A DNA stretch of 64,000 nt. It comes from Paraphysomonas bandaiensis (taxonomy: Eukaryota; Protista; Chrysophyceae). Under the pieces are notes generated by a model that ran no database searches, was not told the DNA's origin, and saw nothing but the letters and a program-made list of their open reading frames with translations. Below, piece by piece: positions 36,584 through 50,338 of the stretch (positions are counted from its first letter, which is position 1; the number at the start of each line of letters is the position of its first letter). A program made the translations under genes and the position numbers. Location of the stretch: assembly GCA_965644295.1 (NCBI GenBank), contig CBFFRP010000128.1, positions 62,001 to 126,000 on the forward strand, read 5' to 3'.

Positions 36584-38104
36584 CTAAATACTTGTCGTTT
36601 CCCCTGCAACAACAACGGATGCAGTAACAGTGGGACTCTGACTCTTCTTCATTTCAAACTCTGATTCACAGGAAACTAACTCGGTCGTACTATGAGTCGA
36701 ATCATCATATATCATGGCCTGTATCGAAGGAGCACGCCAATAACCTTTCACTGTCGGCAACGAACCTCCATCATTAGCAGATCGCTGATACGCAAACATA
36801 ACCATCCCGACTACAGCCACAACCAATACCACGGAGATAGATATCAAAGCTGTTCATACATTTGCTTAAACTAGTTGCGTATATTATAAAATATAAGGCG
36901 AGATACCTGCACTAGGTGCCGGAGTGTGTTGGTTTTCGGAGTGGAGATCAGAGGCCTCCATCATGGGTATCTCATCACCTTCGATTCCTTCCCCGTTACT
37001 ATACCAGCACGGTTTTTCTCCAGGTCCGGGTTTTGGCTTTGGTTTCGGCTTGGGCTTGCCACCTTGCAATCGTCGATTTTCCGCTTTCTGAGTATTGGCC
37101 GGACTGGCCTTCGGTTTAGGGTGCCCTTCCTGCCCACCAGGGGGGTGCTCTGTGCAAGCTGAGTAACCTTCCACAATTACCAGACATTCCTCTGAGAAAG
37201 CCTCAGAATCAGTTTCAGCTTTTTCGCGTAGGCAGTCAAGCACATCATGCGGCAAGGTTGCTTCTGGACACAGCATACTCGATTCCTTTGTGCAAGGATA
37301 GTCTTCCTCAAGATAGGAATCCACCTACACAAGAACGCATAACACAATATATAATGTACAATCCCTAAGCTTACCTTCTCGCGACATTCCGAGGAGAGCT
37401 CGTTGTAGTTGTCTTGTAGACATGACAAGACATAACTCGTTTCGTCATTACATAAGGACGAAACATCGTATTGACATTCATCGAACATATTAGCCAGCAT
37501 TGAATTCATAGCGACGGAACATGCCCCAGACAACTCTGACATGTGATTCTGACACAAATAATTATTAAGTTAGAAATGCACCACAGTGACACACCTCAAT
37601 ACAAGATACTGCGTCTTCAAATGTAGGGTTTGAAAGGTGGCAGGTAGTAAACATGGCCTGTGAACACTCGTCATCTGTGTTAGAAGAGAAAAGGGGTGCT
37701 GTGTCGATTTCGCTTGCAGAAGAATCCCACTGACAAAGTGTGACAAGTTCATCTACCGCAGGAAAACAGTGGTTCAAGCTCTCATAGCTTGATTCAAGGC
37801 ATGGACAAGAAGTACTTGGCGTATTTAATACATTCGTTGCAACAGTGGCAATAAAGCTCTCTGGATGAGCGCTTATGAAATCATGTATTGACCTTTCACA
37901 GTCATCTCGTTGACCATCTCCAGAACACAAACTAAAATCAGCAGCAGCTAATTCAAGCAAATCATTCGCATTAATATTTCTATTAATAGAAAGACAGCTG
38001 CCGATATCACTACTGATAGATAGAGCGCTGTCTGCATCATATGAGTCACATCCATACACACTATTCACAGTGAGGCTTATGAGAAGACTAATAAGAACCA
38101 CCAT
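36584..38104 (-). CDS. Type I membrane protein with Cys-rich GLG1/ESL-1-like repeats, 4 exons
   Basis: Signal peptide; repeats like CQYDVSSLC...VLSCLQDNYNELSSECRE; one C-terminal TM helix. Confidence 0.7.
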
Positions 38105-39445
38105 ACTGAGATTGATTGTATATATGAGGCTATACGACTATATGGCTGTTAGTTACTGTTGATACTGTTAATAGCCGTATATGATATGTCGGCAGTTAAT
38201 ATCACCAGTCAGATATATGAGGAGTGATTCAGGGGTCAGGAATATACTGGATTATATCCTGGCTATGTTGTATGGTAGTATAGTAAAGAACTCACTGGTC
38301 GAACACACTGATAGTAATATACAGGCGTCTCTATAGTCTACTCGACCCCTCCATATACACTCTACTGCTGTACACGTACACATATCTGTATACATAACCT
38401 AGACGATGTTCTCCATACATAAAGGCCCTTATATACCGCCGTGTAAAGGCATACACAGGCTCCATCTGGCCAAATTTTCACCGAACAACTACAGTGTATT
38501 ATGAAGTCGGATATACGGTCGAATGTACTGATATACTGCTGTATGTACGTACAGCAGACAGCAGCTTGCATGTGGACATCATATGGACACCATACCCAAA
38601 TATAAACCCTGTTGACTAATTCATACATCTTGAAGTGAGGTTATAGCGACAACTAGATTACAGATAATGTAATAACATCCGTCACTTCATAATTGTATCA
38701 TACTCGTCCTTCAACATCTTTACTCTGGAATGTGTTATTGTGCTTATGGGTCGGAGCGACAACAATGATTTAGATGCTGAGAAAATGTACTTGTCTACAC
38801 ATATAACATGTACTTTAAAGGTTCGTTTTACGCTTTCTTTGACTGTCTACGAAACATGGGGTTATATCCCTGTCAGATATAACCGACACTTTCTCTGACA
38901 GTTTTGATCGGCCAAAAACCAATTCAGTACAGTACAAAACGTTAAATATATATAAAATAATGTATATACTTCGTAAGATATAATAACTTCTATTACATTA
39001 AGCAACTAATACTGCCCTAAATCATCGTAATCTTTTTTCATTATTCCGCCGATAGCTACAATAACTCTAACCGAGTGTAAAACACATCGCACTAGTACTT
39101 GTTTCCTATGTGCAGCTCTAATATTCATCTATTACTACTTCGTTAATATGTTGGTAAACACTTCTTGAGAGTTGTTCTTACATTTACAACTATTGTCCTA
39201 TCGTATATGTTTAAAAAGTGAAATGTCTTGATTTAAGGAGTTAAACATGATACCAATGGAACTGACCGAAGTATCTGTTAATGATAAGAGCTACTAACTA
39301 AAGTGCAATATTAAAACATCAACAGTATTGAAGTCCAGTTATTAGAAATATAAATAAAATGCACATAACTTGCACAGTACGTAATGTGCTTGACACAGAG
39401 TACTCATCATTAAGAGACACTACTCGTAAAACGTAAAATAAGTAC

Positions 39446-40451
39446 TTAGTAACTTTCTTTATGCTTTGCAAAGAATCCGTTTCTTCCTTGAGGAAGCATG
39501 TCGAATAAATGGTTAGCAGCATTAGTGACATCCAGACCTACGAATCAAGAAACGTAATCCACTTTTAGTGTTAGACCCGCCTTTCATACCTCTAGATTGT
39601 GCCTGATAAGTAAGATATACTGCCCCAGAGTCATCTTTGTAAAAGACAGAGAGGCCCGGGTAAAGGCCGCATGGAAATCCCCAGCCTGAACCAAAGTTGT
39701 AGAATGATGAGTCCTTGTTGGCCTACAAATACAAGATTTAGCACACTACCTATATGTACATATCATGGTTAATCACCTTCTGCTCCTGCGTTCCTTCAAC
39801 CCCCATGTCCTGATTAAAGTCTGGAGCTTTAACAGAGGCCATTTGGAACCCCCATTGTTTGCGTGTTTTAAGTGTGTTTAGTTTTTCCACTGTATGAGGA
39901 CAGAAACATAAATATACATACTTCACCCGCAAAGAAATAGACTTACACGAAGCAGGTGAAACTGCTACAAAGGATGTATCGTTTGCAAGGATATGGGGAA
40001 GTTGTCCATTGTACCCATCTGCGAAATAAGAGCATATTGAGCAGCACTCGGCGTCGTCAGGACCAAACATCAAATGCTGGATAATCTACACAAAAAGTTA
40101 TGGATAGTACATATAGCAAGTAAGACAGCACCAGGTTGTGTTTTCCATTAAATAAATCTGACAGAGTAACAGCTCCAGTATCTGTTTCGAAACGATATTC
40201 TTTATTGATTGGTAACCACGGCATATCTCTGCGCGCTTGGACGACTTCATCATATGCTCGACTGTTCATAATGAATTTCCCATATGCTATATGTTCATAC
40301 AGATATACCTGAGTTCTTTCTCTTGCTGAAGGACTTGTTGTCGAGTTTGTATCCATTCCTCTCTACTGGATGCTCTCTGTCTTTTCTCTGCGAACTGAGG
40401 ATCATTACATGCCTGATGGATTGTATTTAGCTTCTGGCGTTTGATTGACAT
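39446..40451 (-). CDS. DUF899 family thioredoxin-like protein, bacterial type, multi-exon
   Basis: SREEW...QEKEL, RRDMPW...KEYRF, TLSDLFNG, CSICS..AD, PGLSVF, RGLD...DMLPQGR. Confidence 0.88.
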
Positions 40452-40945
40452 GGTAGGAGAATGTTGTTGTATGAGTTATAGATCCAATGGAGTTATATTG
40501 GTGTATATAGCAGTCTATATGATACCACTGCTGCCTGCACCTTATCAGATCACACTGTATCTACATGCGCACATGTATATACTGTATACTGTATGTATGT
40601 ACTGTATATGATGATAGTGTAGATTCTGATCAAGAATGTTCCGTGTTGGACAGACATATCTAGATACTGCTGTGTATGGATATACTCTGTAGCAGTACAT
40701 AGATTTGAAGTACGGCGGTACAGCAATCTCGTACACAATTACGGCAACTTGCTTCTTATAAATATGAGGTTTACTCAAATTCCGTTTGCTGAAAGCGCCC
40801 TTTTATATACAAAACCCTATATTTTCCGCTGTTTCTGTAACGATATTTTCTCATTCAAACCATCTGCTTAAGATGATTATCTGTCTAATCCACTGGGAAT
40901 ATCAAGATATGTTGCATGGAATCCCTATAGATCATTAATCAGTGC

Positions 40946-42111
40946 ATGAAAATGTCTACCACAGTCGTCAGTATCCCGCCACATCGTTTATTTAATTGGC
41001 TTCAGAATATGAACCGTTCGTTGGTCATTGACATGAGGAGTGAGGAGCACTACAATCGCTCACATATCAAACAGTCTGTGCATGTATTGGATGATGATAC
41101 TCAACAACAGAGAATTAAACACATTATACGACATGTTGTATTCGTTCCTGGTGATTGTTCTGACATGGAGTATCAGTCCAGCTGTCAACTAGCAGATGCT
41201 CTCGTTGTAAAGTTGCAGTCACAAGACACTAATAATTGCTTTGAATTTTACCGTCTTGATTGCACGTACGAATCTTTTAAATCGTCTTACACGGACTGCC
41301 CGTTGATGTTTTATGATTCCTCTGACCCCAACATGTCCCGTAGATGCTACCCCAATGAGATCATCCCTGGTCGTCTCTTTCTTGGTAATGCCAGGTATGA
41401 GATGAGGTATACTTAAGAATGCATTCATTTAGATGTTTCTTCTATAGACAGTCTAGTGACATGGCCGTACTAAGAGATCTGAACATTACTCGTATCCTCG
41501 ATGCCAGTGGACAAGAAGTGTCTCGCAGCGCAGCCGAAAAATCTCAAATAGAGTACTATCATGTGAACATTGACGATTTTCCTACAACAGATATTGCCGC
41601 ACACTTCAAAGACACTAATAGATTTATTGCTTCTGCTTTAGAGGCACCTAGTGCAAAGGTTCTTGTTCACTGCCAGGCCGGGGTGTCCAGAGGCTGCACC
41701 TTTGTTGTAGCTTACCTGATGTACTCGAGAATATCTGTTTCATTGCAAGAAGCCATGCATACTGTCCTTGCTGAGAGGCCATGGGTGTGTCCCAATGTTT
41801 CTTTTCGTCAGCAATTACGAGATTATGAGGCTACCCTTCATCCTTTATCCTCTCCTTCGTTTGAGAGCGATGAGGCTCTAATGAAGATGATTCATTCGTA
41901 CTTCGACTGGAACTCAGAGTCGATATTCACCTCAGTATTCGACGATACCCCTGTGGTGGCCGGAAGAGAAGAATTGGTTTTAGAGAAAGCAATAGCCAAG
42001 TATGAAGAAGAGCAGGCGGCGATGGTCATAACGGCCCCCGTCAAACCAAAGAAAACGTTCTTGAAACGAGGGCAAGGTTATACTTCAGCAAGAGCAAACG
42101 TCAGGAAGTGA
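40946..42111 (+). CDS. Dual-specificity (MAPK-type) phosphatase, rhodanese plus DSP domains, 2 exons
   Basis: VIDMRSEEHYNRSHI; PNEIIPGRLFLGN; VHCQAGVSR. Confidence 0.92.
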
Positions 42112-42759
42112 CTACAAATGTTAAATATATTTATATCTGCCTTTCAAGTTATATTGTACACTATATTGTACACTATACCCTGAATGCAAAAGTTCGGTTC
42201 TATTTCAATGTATATATTACTACAAACGTATATGACTACATAATATAAAGTTATTTAAATTTAAATAAAAACGAGGAGAAGTTATGAAATTGAACTAATA
42301 GTAAATATCTGAAGTTACGAAGTAAAGTTTTTTCATATGTGTGTTATAGTCACCAGTGAATCAATTGATGTTTTGAAAGGGCATTAATATCAATTTCAAA
42401 GGATACTGAAAGACCATTGATTTGTTTTGGGCTGTATTTAGATGATGGATGATATATTTTTTCCAGATAAAGGTAATTTGGACAAATTTTCAATTGATGC
42501 AAATAATACATCTGAGTATGACTTGCAGAAGAATTTATTTTCTCATAGCTAGTAGTTGTAGTTTTAAAAAGAACATTTGTTGTATAATTCCTTAATGTCT
42601 GTTCTAATACTTCAATTATAGAAGTCAGTTTAGACATTCAAGTTTTATTTCCTTCAAGTAGTAAATGTCTTATTTATTCGCAAAACTAATTTAGGATTAC
42701 AATTTCACTATCTAGTGCTTAACTATGATATGTTGCAAATCAGAAACAGTGTGATGGAA

Positions 42760-44268
42760 TTAAGAAATACAGCACCCATATGAAGCAGCTCCAACCAAAG
42801 TCCCATTCGCAACAATCATACAAGGATTATTGGCAAGCTTCTCAACCGCAGATGTACCCTCCGAAATGTATTGCTGTATTTGTTGAGAGAAATCCGAACC
42901 ATTACGCTCGTCCAATATATAGCTACCCAAACTTGCCATGGAAAAGGGATATATTCTATGGGGTCTACCATTGCGTATTCCGTCAAATGTGATCCAATTT
43001 TGATCCGCAAAATGCAAAATGTTGTAGATTAGATTTTCAGAAGCGTCCAGGCGATTTTTCTTAATCAGTTTTAACCAAATTTTGTGAACCTCATCGAAAT
43101 TAAGAGGCATGAATTTCTCTTCCCAAGCAACAGATATTATATTTCGAATGACTGTCTGAATAGAAGCGTTGACTGGAAAAATATCAGCACATAAGGTTCG
43201 GTTCTTTTTTTTTAATTGCTTCATGATTTTGTTCCACAGTAAGAATCGGCCCCCAGGCAACTCTTTCTCCGGAGTAGCCACACCAAGTAAATCATGCTCT
43301 GGGTAGGATTCTTTGACTACGCGTTCGACATTACGGGCAAAACACCCGGATGAATATGCGACTAATCGCAAATATGGCTTATTATTATCGTCGAAAGGCA
43401 GGTCCAGGATTTTCGCAACCTCATCCAAGTCGACAGGTGTGGTAGAATAGACACGCTTTGTGATGAACTTGTTGTCGTTTAAATTGGTGGCCCCGGTTTT
43501 GAGCAAAACAAAATCGTCTCGCAGTCGCCCATCGGCGTTAGATGTTATAAGATTTTCAATCATTGCGGACGAGCTACATACTAAAACGGCTATTCTTCCG
43601 GACGGCTGGTTACCCAAGTAGACCAAGTCGTGAAGGCTCCGTACAACAGCTGGATAAACCTTGCCATTAACTTTGTAAGCTTGGTCCAATTCATCCACAC
43701 ATATGTGCAGATAAACACCTGCTTTACTCAAGGCTGCGATTATTCGCTGGGCTAACATTGGCAGACGCACATCGTCTTCAAATGTTATACCAATGCGTTT
43801 CAACTCGTCCGCAACAATGTCTAAAATAGAACTTGTTTGCATTGGGCACCCTTTAGATAGAATGTTGTTCATACTAATATACAATTCGATCAGATTTTCA
43901 AACGCATATTTCGCGGTCGCGTTAAATATTTTGAGGGTTGCTGTCTTTCCAATCCCTTTAGCCCCAACCATAGTTGTAGCACATAATCCATGTGTGCCTT
44001 TGTAATTTCCCTTACACAAATTATCAACTTGTGACCAAAGTATAGAGAAAATTTGATTTTGGGTTGTGGTCCTGAAAAGCCTACTGGCTACATGAGTGTG
44101 AAGATCATTCATAAATGCAGTCCGATTTTCAATTTTATGAAAAGAATGACGAATGGGTCCATGGCATAAAACATCAGCATCCATCTGCTCAAGAAGTATA
44201 GTGGCTCTCTCCGTCTTGACATCTGTGAGTAGAGATGACTGATCTGCTTCTGATTTCTCTTCAGTCAT
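42760..44268 (-). CDS. Intronless P-loop NTPase (AAA+/STAND-like), 502 aa, C-terminal CaaX
   Basis: Walker A GAKGIGKT, Walker B ICVDELD, ends GCCIS*. Confidence 0.75.
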   Translation of the reverse strand: MTEEKSEADQSSLLTDVKTERATILLEQMDADVLCHGPIRHSFHKIENRTAFMNDLHTHVASRLFRTTTQNQIFSILWSQVDNLCKGNYKGTHGLCATTMVGAKGIGKTATLKIFNATAKYAFENLIELYISMNNILSKGCPMQTSSILDIVADELKRIGITFEDDVRLPMLAQRIIAALSKAGVYLHICVDELDQAYKVNGKVYPAVVRSLHDLVYLGNQPSGRIAVLVCSSSAMIENLITSNADGRLRDDFVLLKTGATNLNDNKFITKRVYSTTPVDLDEVAKILDLPFDDNNKPYLRLVAYSSGCFARNVERVVKESYPEHDLLGVATPEKELPGGRFLLWNKIMKQLKKKNRTLCADIFPVNASIQTVIRNIISVAWEEKFMPLNFDEVHKIWLKLIKKNRLDASENLIYNILHFADQNWITFDGIRNGRPHRIYPFSMASLGSYILDERNGSDFSQQIQQYISEGTSAVEKLANNPCMIVANGTLVGAASYGCCIS

Positions 44269-44678
44269 AGATATGTCTGTGTATGTCTGTGTGTGATACC
44301 CCCACACACCACTCGTTCCACTGTATCGTATCCCTAAACTACTGATGAGTTAAATGTAGCCGCCCTGATCTATAGAGAGGGTTATCTCTCATCCTCCCAC
44401 CAGAACTCTCATCCACTGCACTGTCTGTTCTGATGAATCAGTTGTCTCAACTGCACCGGATCGTACCATACACTCACTGGATGTACATGTATGTACAGTA
44501 CAGTGCAGCAGTGTGTACATATACAGCCCACTTGCGATCATATAACGCGGTTTCTAGTATATCACTCGATATATATCGCGATTTTCATACACAAACCACA
44601 TTATCTATACTATAAACCCCTGGTTTTTGTGTATGGATATGTACAGTAGATACTGTGGCTTTGCATATCTTTGTGGTG

Positions 44679-44823
44679 GTATTGGCATCCTTTTTATATT
44701 TTAGTTCAAAGATGCCTCTAATATTGAGACAATAATTATATGTATTCCAGCCGTAGTTGTATATCAGTGTTATAGAGTATATTTGCTTCAATTTATTCCC
44801 GAAAAAATAAGATGCTGACTGCC
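44679..44823. repeat. Dispersed repeat of about 140 bp, copy 2
   Basis: Matches 27023-27166. Confidence 0.85.
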
Positions 44824-45224
44824 GATACGCTGCACTCCCATTGCAACTCAGTCCAGATTACTTGAATATATTCCTGTAACCATATGAACTAGTCATGGAA
44901 GGGTTATGGTTTCCACTTTCCTGATATGTGCAACTCTCATTAATAATGCATCCTGTCTAAGTTTAGACCACTGAATAAGACACACAGGAGTGTTATTATG
45001 TCCTACTCTGTAGCTACCATACTGATATATGACACAGAGCTTTACTGGTATTGATTATCGATGATTCACGTATGTATTATAAGTTTGTACTCTTCTATGT
45101 ATAAGTCACAACATGCGCTTATAGAATAAGCACTCAACTATACAGTAAAACTTAATCCTGCAGTTGTTGACATAAGTAGATGTGTCTTCGGTCTGTTGTG
45201 ATCTGAATAGATCAGTTATGAGAG

Positions 45225-45317
45225 GGGTGGGTGGGTAGTAGAATCAGTGCTATATCTCGATGTTCTAGGTGGTGCACCAGCCAGCCTACACTATGGCCAC
45301 GCCCTCGGAATGGGGCA
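45225..45317. repeat. Isolated right end of the TGCCCC...GGGGCA MITE family
   Basis: About 90 bp direct match to about 50250-50338. Confidence 0.75.
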
Positions 45318-45402
45318 CAAATGTATTCAAAATCTATGGAGAGAGCTTCTGTGTTTTGTTCATTATGAGATACTGTGGCTGTATCAGTGTCTCAATTTCA
45401 CA

Positions 45403-46052
45403 TGTTGAGTTCTGCGATATGATGTATGTGGTATATATTGTGCAATTGATGTGAGTTAATAGAGTCAGCAAAAACACCATATATCGAAGTCCAGCAAAGG
45501 TACGCAAACGATGCGCAAATGATCTTCATCATAATATGTTTACTGATGCTGACTGGGTAGGCGATCTGTTGACGAGGAGGTCGACTTCAGGTTATGTTAT
45601 GTTTGGAGCTGGTGTACCACTATCGTGGGGTTCTAAAATTCAGTCTACAAGTTAATGAATGGTGGGAGCTAGCTATACAAGCGGAGTCATACGTTCACCA
45701 ATGTCCTATGAGGTTCGGTGGTTGCGTCTCCGATAGCGATGTTCTTCACAAATTTTAGAATGGTTAACTACATCCAATTGAGTGGGAGTGTTGAGTTCTG
45801 CAATATGATGTGATATATATTGTGCAATTGAAGTGAATTAATAGGTGAAGTCAACTCATACGTGTAACGGGTGATTATAGTTACAAAGGAATTCAATTCA
45901 ATTACTGATGTGTGACTATTATACAAGATATAGATATATGATAAACAGATGTTGCTGAGAACAGATGTTTCATCAGATGTTACACGAATATGTAGTGAAG
46001 TGTTCAGAATAATAATTATAATTTCTTACTTGAAAGTGCATTGTGTTCAACA
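45403..46052 (+). mobile_element. Ty1/copia remnant: partial 5' LTR, RNase H fragment, PPT, 3' LTR (45789-46052)
   Basis: FTDADWVGDLLTRRSTSGY...LSWGSKIQ at about 45537-45650; repeated TGTTGAGTTCTGC LTR start; TCAACA end. Confidence 0.85.
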
Positions 46053-46124
46053 AAGCAAGGTTAAGGTTTACGGGTAGAGCAAAGTTAATTTCAGTGAAAT
46101 GTCCAATTCTAACATCACTTATTA

Positions 46125-46389
46125 CAGGGCTGCGTAAGAATTGTCAATTAATGACGCAGACAGTAGTTGATTGTAATTGCAATTATTGTTTGCTCTATTG
46201 ACAATTAACCATTTTCAGATGATTAAGATCGTTGTAAGAGAAGTTTAAGTTAGTCAAACTAGATAGATTACTTTATTATAATTGTATACGCAATTGTGTG
46301 TGTTGTCATGTAACACATGTCAACAATATGATAAATTATTTCGTTCATGTCAACCACTGCTCAACAAAATTCATTGCTACGCAGCCCTG
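46125..46389. mobile_element. hAT-like MITE
   Basis: 12-bp TIR CAGGGCTGCGTA...TACGCAGCCCTG; no clean TSD. Confidence 0.6.
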
Positions 46390-46609
46390 TTCACTTGTTG
46401 TGGCTAGGTGATATTCTAAAATTTATAATGACAGCATGAATAAGGTTTTGCATATAGTAATCATAAATATTTCTAAATCGGCATATATTATGGCTACAAA
46501 CTAAATTAGACGAGCAGTAGCAATCATGGAATTCATGTTAACAACATGTGCTGGTATATAGAGTAGAGTATGAATTCGAGTACCTTGGTAACACTTCGCC
46601 TGCTATACC

Positions 46610-48571
46610 TCATTGTTCTGTAATTGCTTGACATAAGCTTTTAAACTCTTCATCCGAAGTAGATAGATTGTCATTGTCAAGGTCGCCCCACCAACCACCC
46701 TCTACAGATCCAGATGGGGATGACTCCATTCCGGATTCCACTGTAGATTGAAGGCCCCTGCCATTGTCAAGGTCGCCCCACCAATCACCCCCTACAGATC
46801 CAGATGGGAATGACTCCATTCCGGATTCCACTGTAGATTGAAGGCCCCTGCCATTGTCAAGGTCGCCCCACCAATCACCCCCTACAGATCCAGATGGGAA
46901 TGACTCCATTCCGGATTCCACTGTAGATTGAAGGCCCCTGCCATTGTCAAGGTCGCCCCACCAATCACCCCCTACAGATCCAGATGGGAATGACTCCATT
47001 CCGGATTCCACTGTAGATTGAAGGCCCCTGTTATTGTCATGGCTGCTTAAACGATCGCATCCATATCCAGAGTGGAGTGTTTGTTCGAAATGGTAATTCC
47101 CACTTCCGTTTCCCATTGTATATTTGTTTTCATTAGATGAATACGATTGGTCCGAATTCATTCTATCGTTTACTTCTTTTCGAGAATTTTCATTTTTAAT
47201 GCGTTTATTAATGGTTTTAATATCGTTAATTTGCGACAAGTCACTATCTTGCTTTTCATCAGTTAGTATAATGTCATCCTGAGTGCGTTTTTTAAGCATC
47301 GTATTTTCAGATGTAGGTTCGTCTCCATCAGATGAATAATAACATTGATTGCCCCTGTAAAAGTCATGGTCGCTAATGCTACCGTTTATTTCTTCTCGAT
47401 CATTTTCATTTTTAAAGGCTTCTCGAGCATTTTCATATTTAAAGGGTTTATTATTGGTTTCTTTATTTTGTGACACATCATTTTCTTGTGTGCAATATTC
47501 GTTGTGAGTGCGCTGTTCAGGCGTGGGCTTGAACCGCACATAATATACGGAATGCAATTCATCAGATGCAATACTATGACTTTCTGTTTTCCAAGATGAA
47601 GATGTTTGGTCTCGAATGTTGTTCACATTCACCGAATTCATTCCATCGTTTAGTTCATTTCCAGTATGTTCATTTGGAAATTCATTTACCCCTTGTAACA
47701 GGTCATTTTCATCATTTTGTTCACCGGCATTATTAGGCTTGAACCTCACTTTTATAGGATTCAATTCTGTAGGTCCAACGCCAGAGCATTTAGTCACAAT
47801 ACGAACCACAACAGGTGGAGGAGCTCGTCTCTTAGACTTCAATCTGAATTGTATTCTCCACTTCCCATTATTTATATAGTCGTATTTCATCTCAGTTATA
47901 TTAATATCCATGCTCTCAGCAATGCACGAAATTATATCATCTATATCAACGCTTTGTAGCAAGTTATAGTCCATCACATATCCATTCTTATCTATCATAC
48001 TGACAACGACCGTGATGCGATTGGACTTATTTTTTGTATAAAAATATGACGAAATGCCATACTTCTGACGTTTTCGCTGAATGCCTTTGATGTTTTCAAT
48101 ACGTAGTTTTGCCCATACGACGCAATATGTTCGTAGTGACTCCTTACATCGCAGATTGCCATCAGTGCTCTCCGCACGTATACGAAAACTCTTACCAATA
48201 GTCTCTACTATAACACCAAACTTTAAAATACCGCAAGGAGGAATGATTACAATGAGTGTCGCCTGTATATGTGAGTTATATGAGTGGAGAGAGAGGTTTG
48301 ATCCCTACCAGTATACAGTTCGGATCAGATGCGTCCACAAACTCCACTTTAGTGCGTTTAGACTCCCTGAGGCATATATGAGGATAGTAGAGCAACAGTG
48401 TGATATGGATATGATGCACCTGCTGCCTAGTATATGGGAGCATTTCTCTGTGGTTTTGGCGTTAGTCAATACGACTAGAATCGTAGCACCCTCAAACACC
48501 AACTCTTCTTGATGTGCCTCTTCGTCATATGATTCATAACCAGGTGTATTTATGATCAAGCATTCTGTCAT
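46610..48571 (-). CDS. Hypothetical protein, 3 exons, with four 30-aa acidic C-terminal repeats
   Basis: Two short GT-AG introns (gtgcat...ctcag; gtaggg...atacag) join ORF 48571 in frame to the 462-aa ORF. Confidence 0.7.
46672..47038 (-). repeat. 90-bp coding tandem repeat, 4 units
   Basis: GRGLQSTVESGMESFPSGSVGGDWWGDLDN units, nearly identical. Confidence 0.95.
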
Positions 48572-49851
48572 TATGGTGGAACTTAATTAGTATGAAATGA
48601 AGTCGAGTTACAGTGATATTATGTGTGTGCATTGATCATTGATACATACATACGCAGCACAGTTGCAGCACACACAACGAGACAAGTGGAACTAGCAATT
48701 AATTCAGTGTTCTTGGAAACAAGCGTATCTTTCAGAGTCATCTGAGCTGAAAACTACCATCTAAAAACCACAATCTAAAACTACCATTTTTGATCACTGG
48801 ATTTTTAGAATTCGGTGTTTTTATGAAAGAAATCTGCTACGAATCGTATACAGTATACATTTGACAGTATTCCGGTATTCCTGGAATTGTGAATATTATT
48901 AATTCTCTGCATTGTTTTTATGAATATAAATACTGAGTTTCTACTTATGTTTGATCCAAAATGGGAGTTTTTATATATGCTGGATACATACCTACAGTAC
49001 CTACCTTCAGTATCTACGTACCTGTGTACGTACATACGGCAGCAGTGCACATAGCTGTTGTGCATGAATTCCTGCACCACTAGAGCAGGAAGTGGAGACC
49101 CTCATACCGATCTCAGTTTCTGTCCACTCCTATCACTGGTTCCTCACAGGGGTTGGGGAGGGTGTGGATGAATACAGTCCAGACTATTGCCTTCTTATCA
49201 ACAGCACCTCGGTATGTACCCATGAGATGATCACCCCGCCCGAGAATATAGCGCTGATGCGCGCAATGTATACAATAGTGGTGTTAGTGGATTGCCCAGC
49301 CAGTCCTGAAGGTCAGAAGTCATAGCTATGACTCACAATCGATTAATAAACTGTCGTAGATCTTCACATCTAGGGGGCTTCTGCCCTATACTGACAGCGT
49401 AACTAATCACTGCGTGCGGCCCCCTAGTGGGTGCTGCTGAGTGTTGCGACCGCGCACTTCTATCAATGTACACATTGCTCAGTTCAGCGGTTCCCCACTC
49501 TGGGTTCTCACTGCATATTCAGCGCTGAATACCGTGTGATAATGATGTAGCTTGTTGGGTTCAGTAGGTAGCTAGCAAATAACGTATGGGACTTAAATCA
49601 AGTATTAGTTAGGTACCCACCCGGCCCCCACCCGGCTCTACCTAAGTACGCGCTCAGAATGGGGCAGCTTCTGGACAGAATCATAAATGTAGTTGTATGA
49701 GGCTTTATCTTCTGAAATTTATCTGGTTTTTTAAACCTGTGGTATATTTCAGATGGCTCTTAGAAAGGAGATTGAAACACAGAGGGAAGTAACCGCATTG
49801 ATCAGGTTCGTATAACGCAATGGACCTCGTGGTTCGTCAAATAGCATTATT

Positions 49852-50338
49852 TGCCCCATTCCGAGAGCGTGCCCTAGTGAAGTGGTAGTGTTGACTAATA
49901 AGCTAAATAACGTATAGATTATTAATAAAAGTCGCAGCGTATTCTTTGTGTGTCGGCATCAAGAAAAATCTAGCTAGATCTACACCATACTTGCATAGCC
50001 TATATGATGAGATTACGAGGGAGGGGGGGTGGCCAATGTCACACTAGACCTATACTGAGTCATGCATGGTCACGAGAATCTATACGTAATCTTTGCTAGG
50101 TAATAATGGGAAAGTACACATGGTCCTACTAGAATCTGCGCGAATTACATATATAAAAGTCATGCATAGTTATGAGAAATCCCGCGTAATCTCAGCAAAG
50201 GTTAACACAGGCAACAGAATCTGCGCGTGATCTATGTGGTCAGCTACGCGGGTGGGTGGTATAATCAGTGCTCTATCTCCATGTTTTAGGTGGTGCACCA
50301 GCCAATCTACATCATGACCACGCCCTCGGAATGGGGCA
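49852..50338. mobile_element. MITE-like element with about 20-bp TIR (TGCCCCATTCCGAG...)
   Basis: Inverted ends with one mismatch; further right ends finish at 45317 and 49666. Confidence 0.65.

Noticed and set aside
48305-48307. In-frame TAG between two ORFs, suggesting read-through
   Set aside because: Explained by two ordinary short introns
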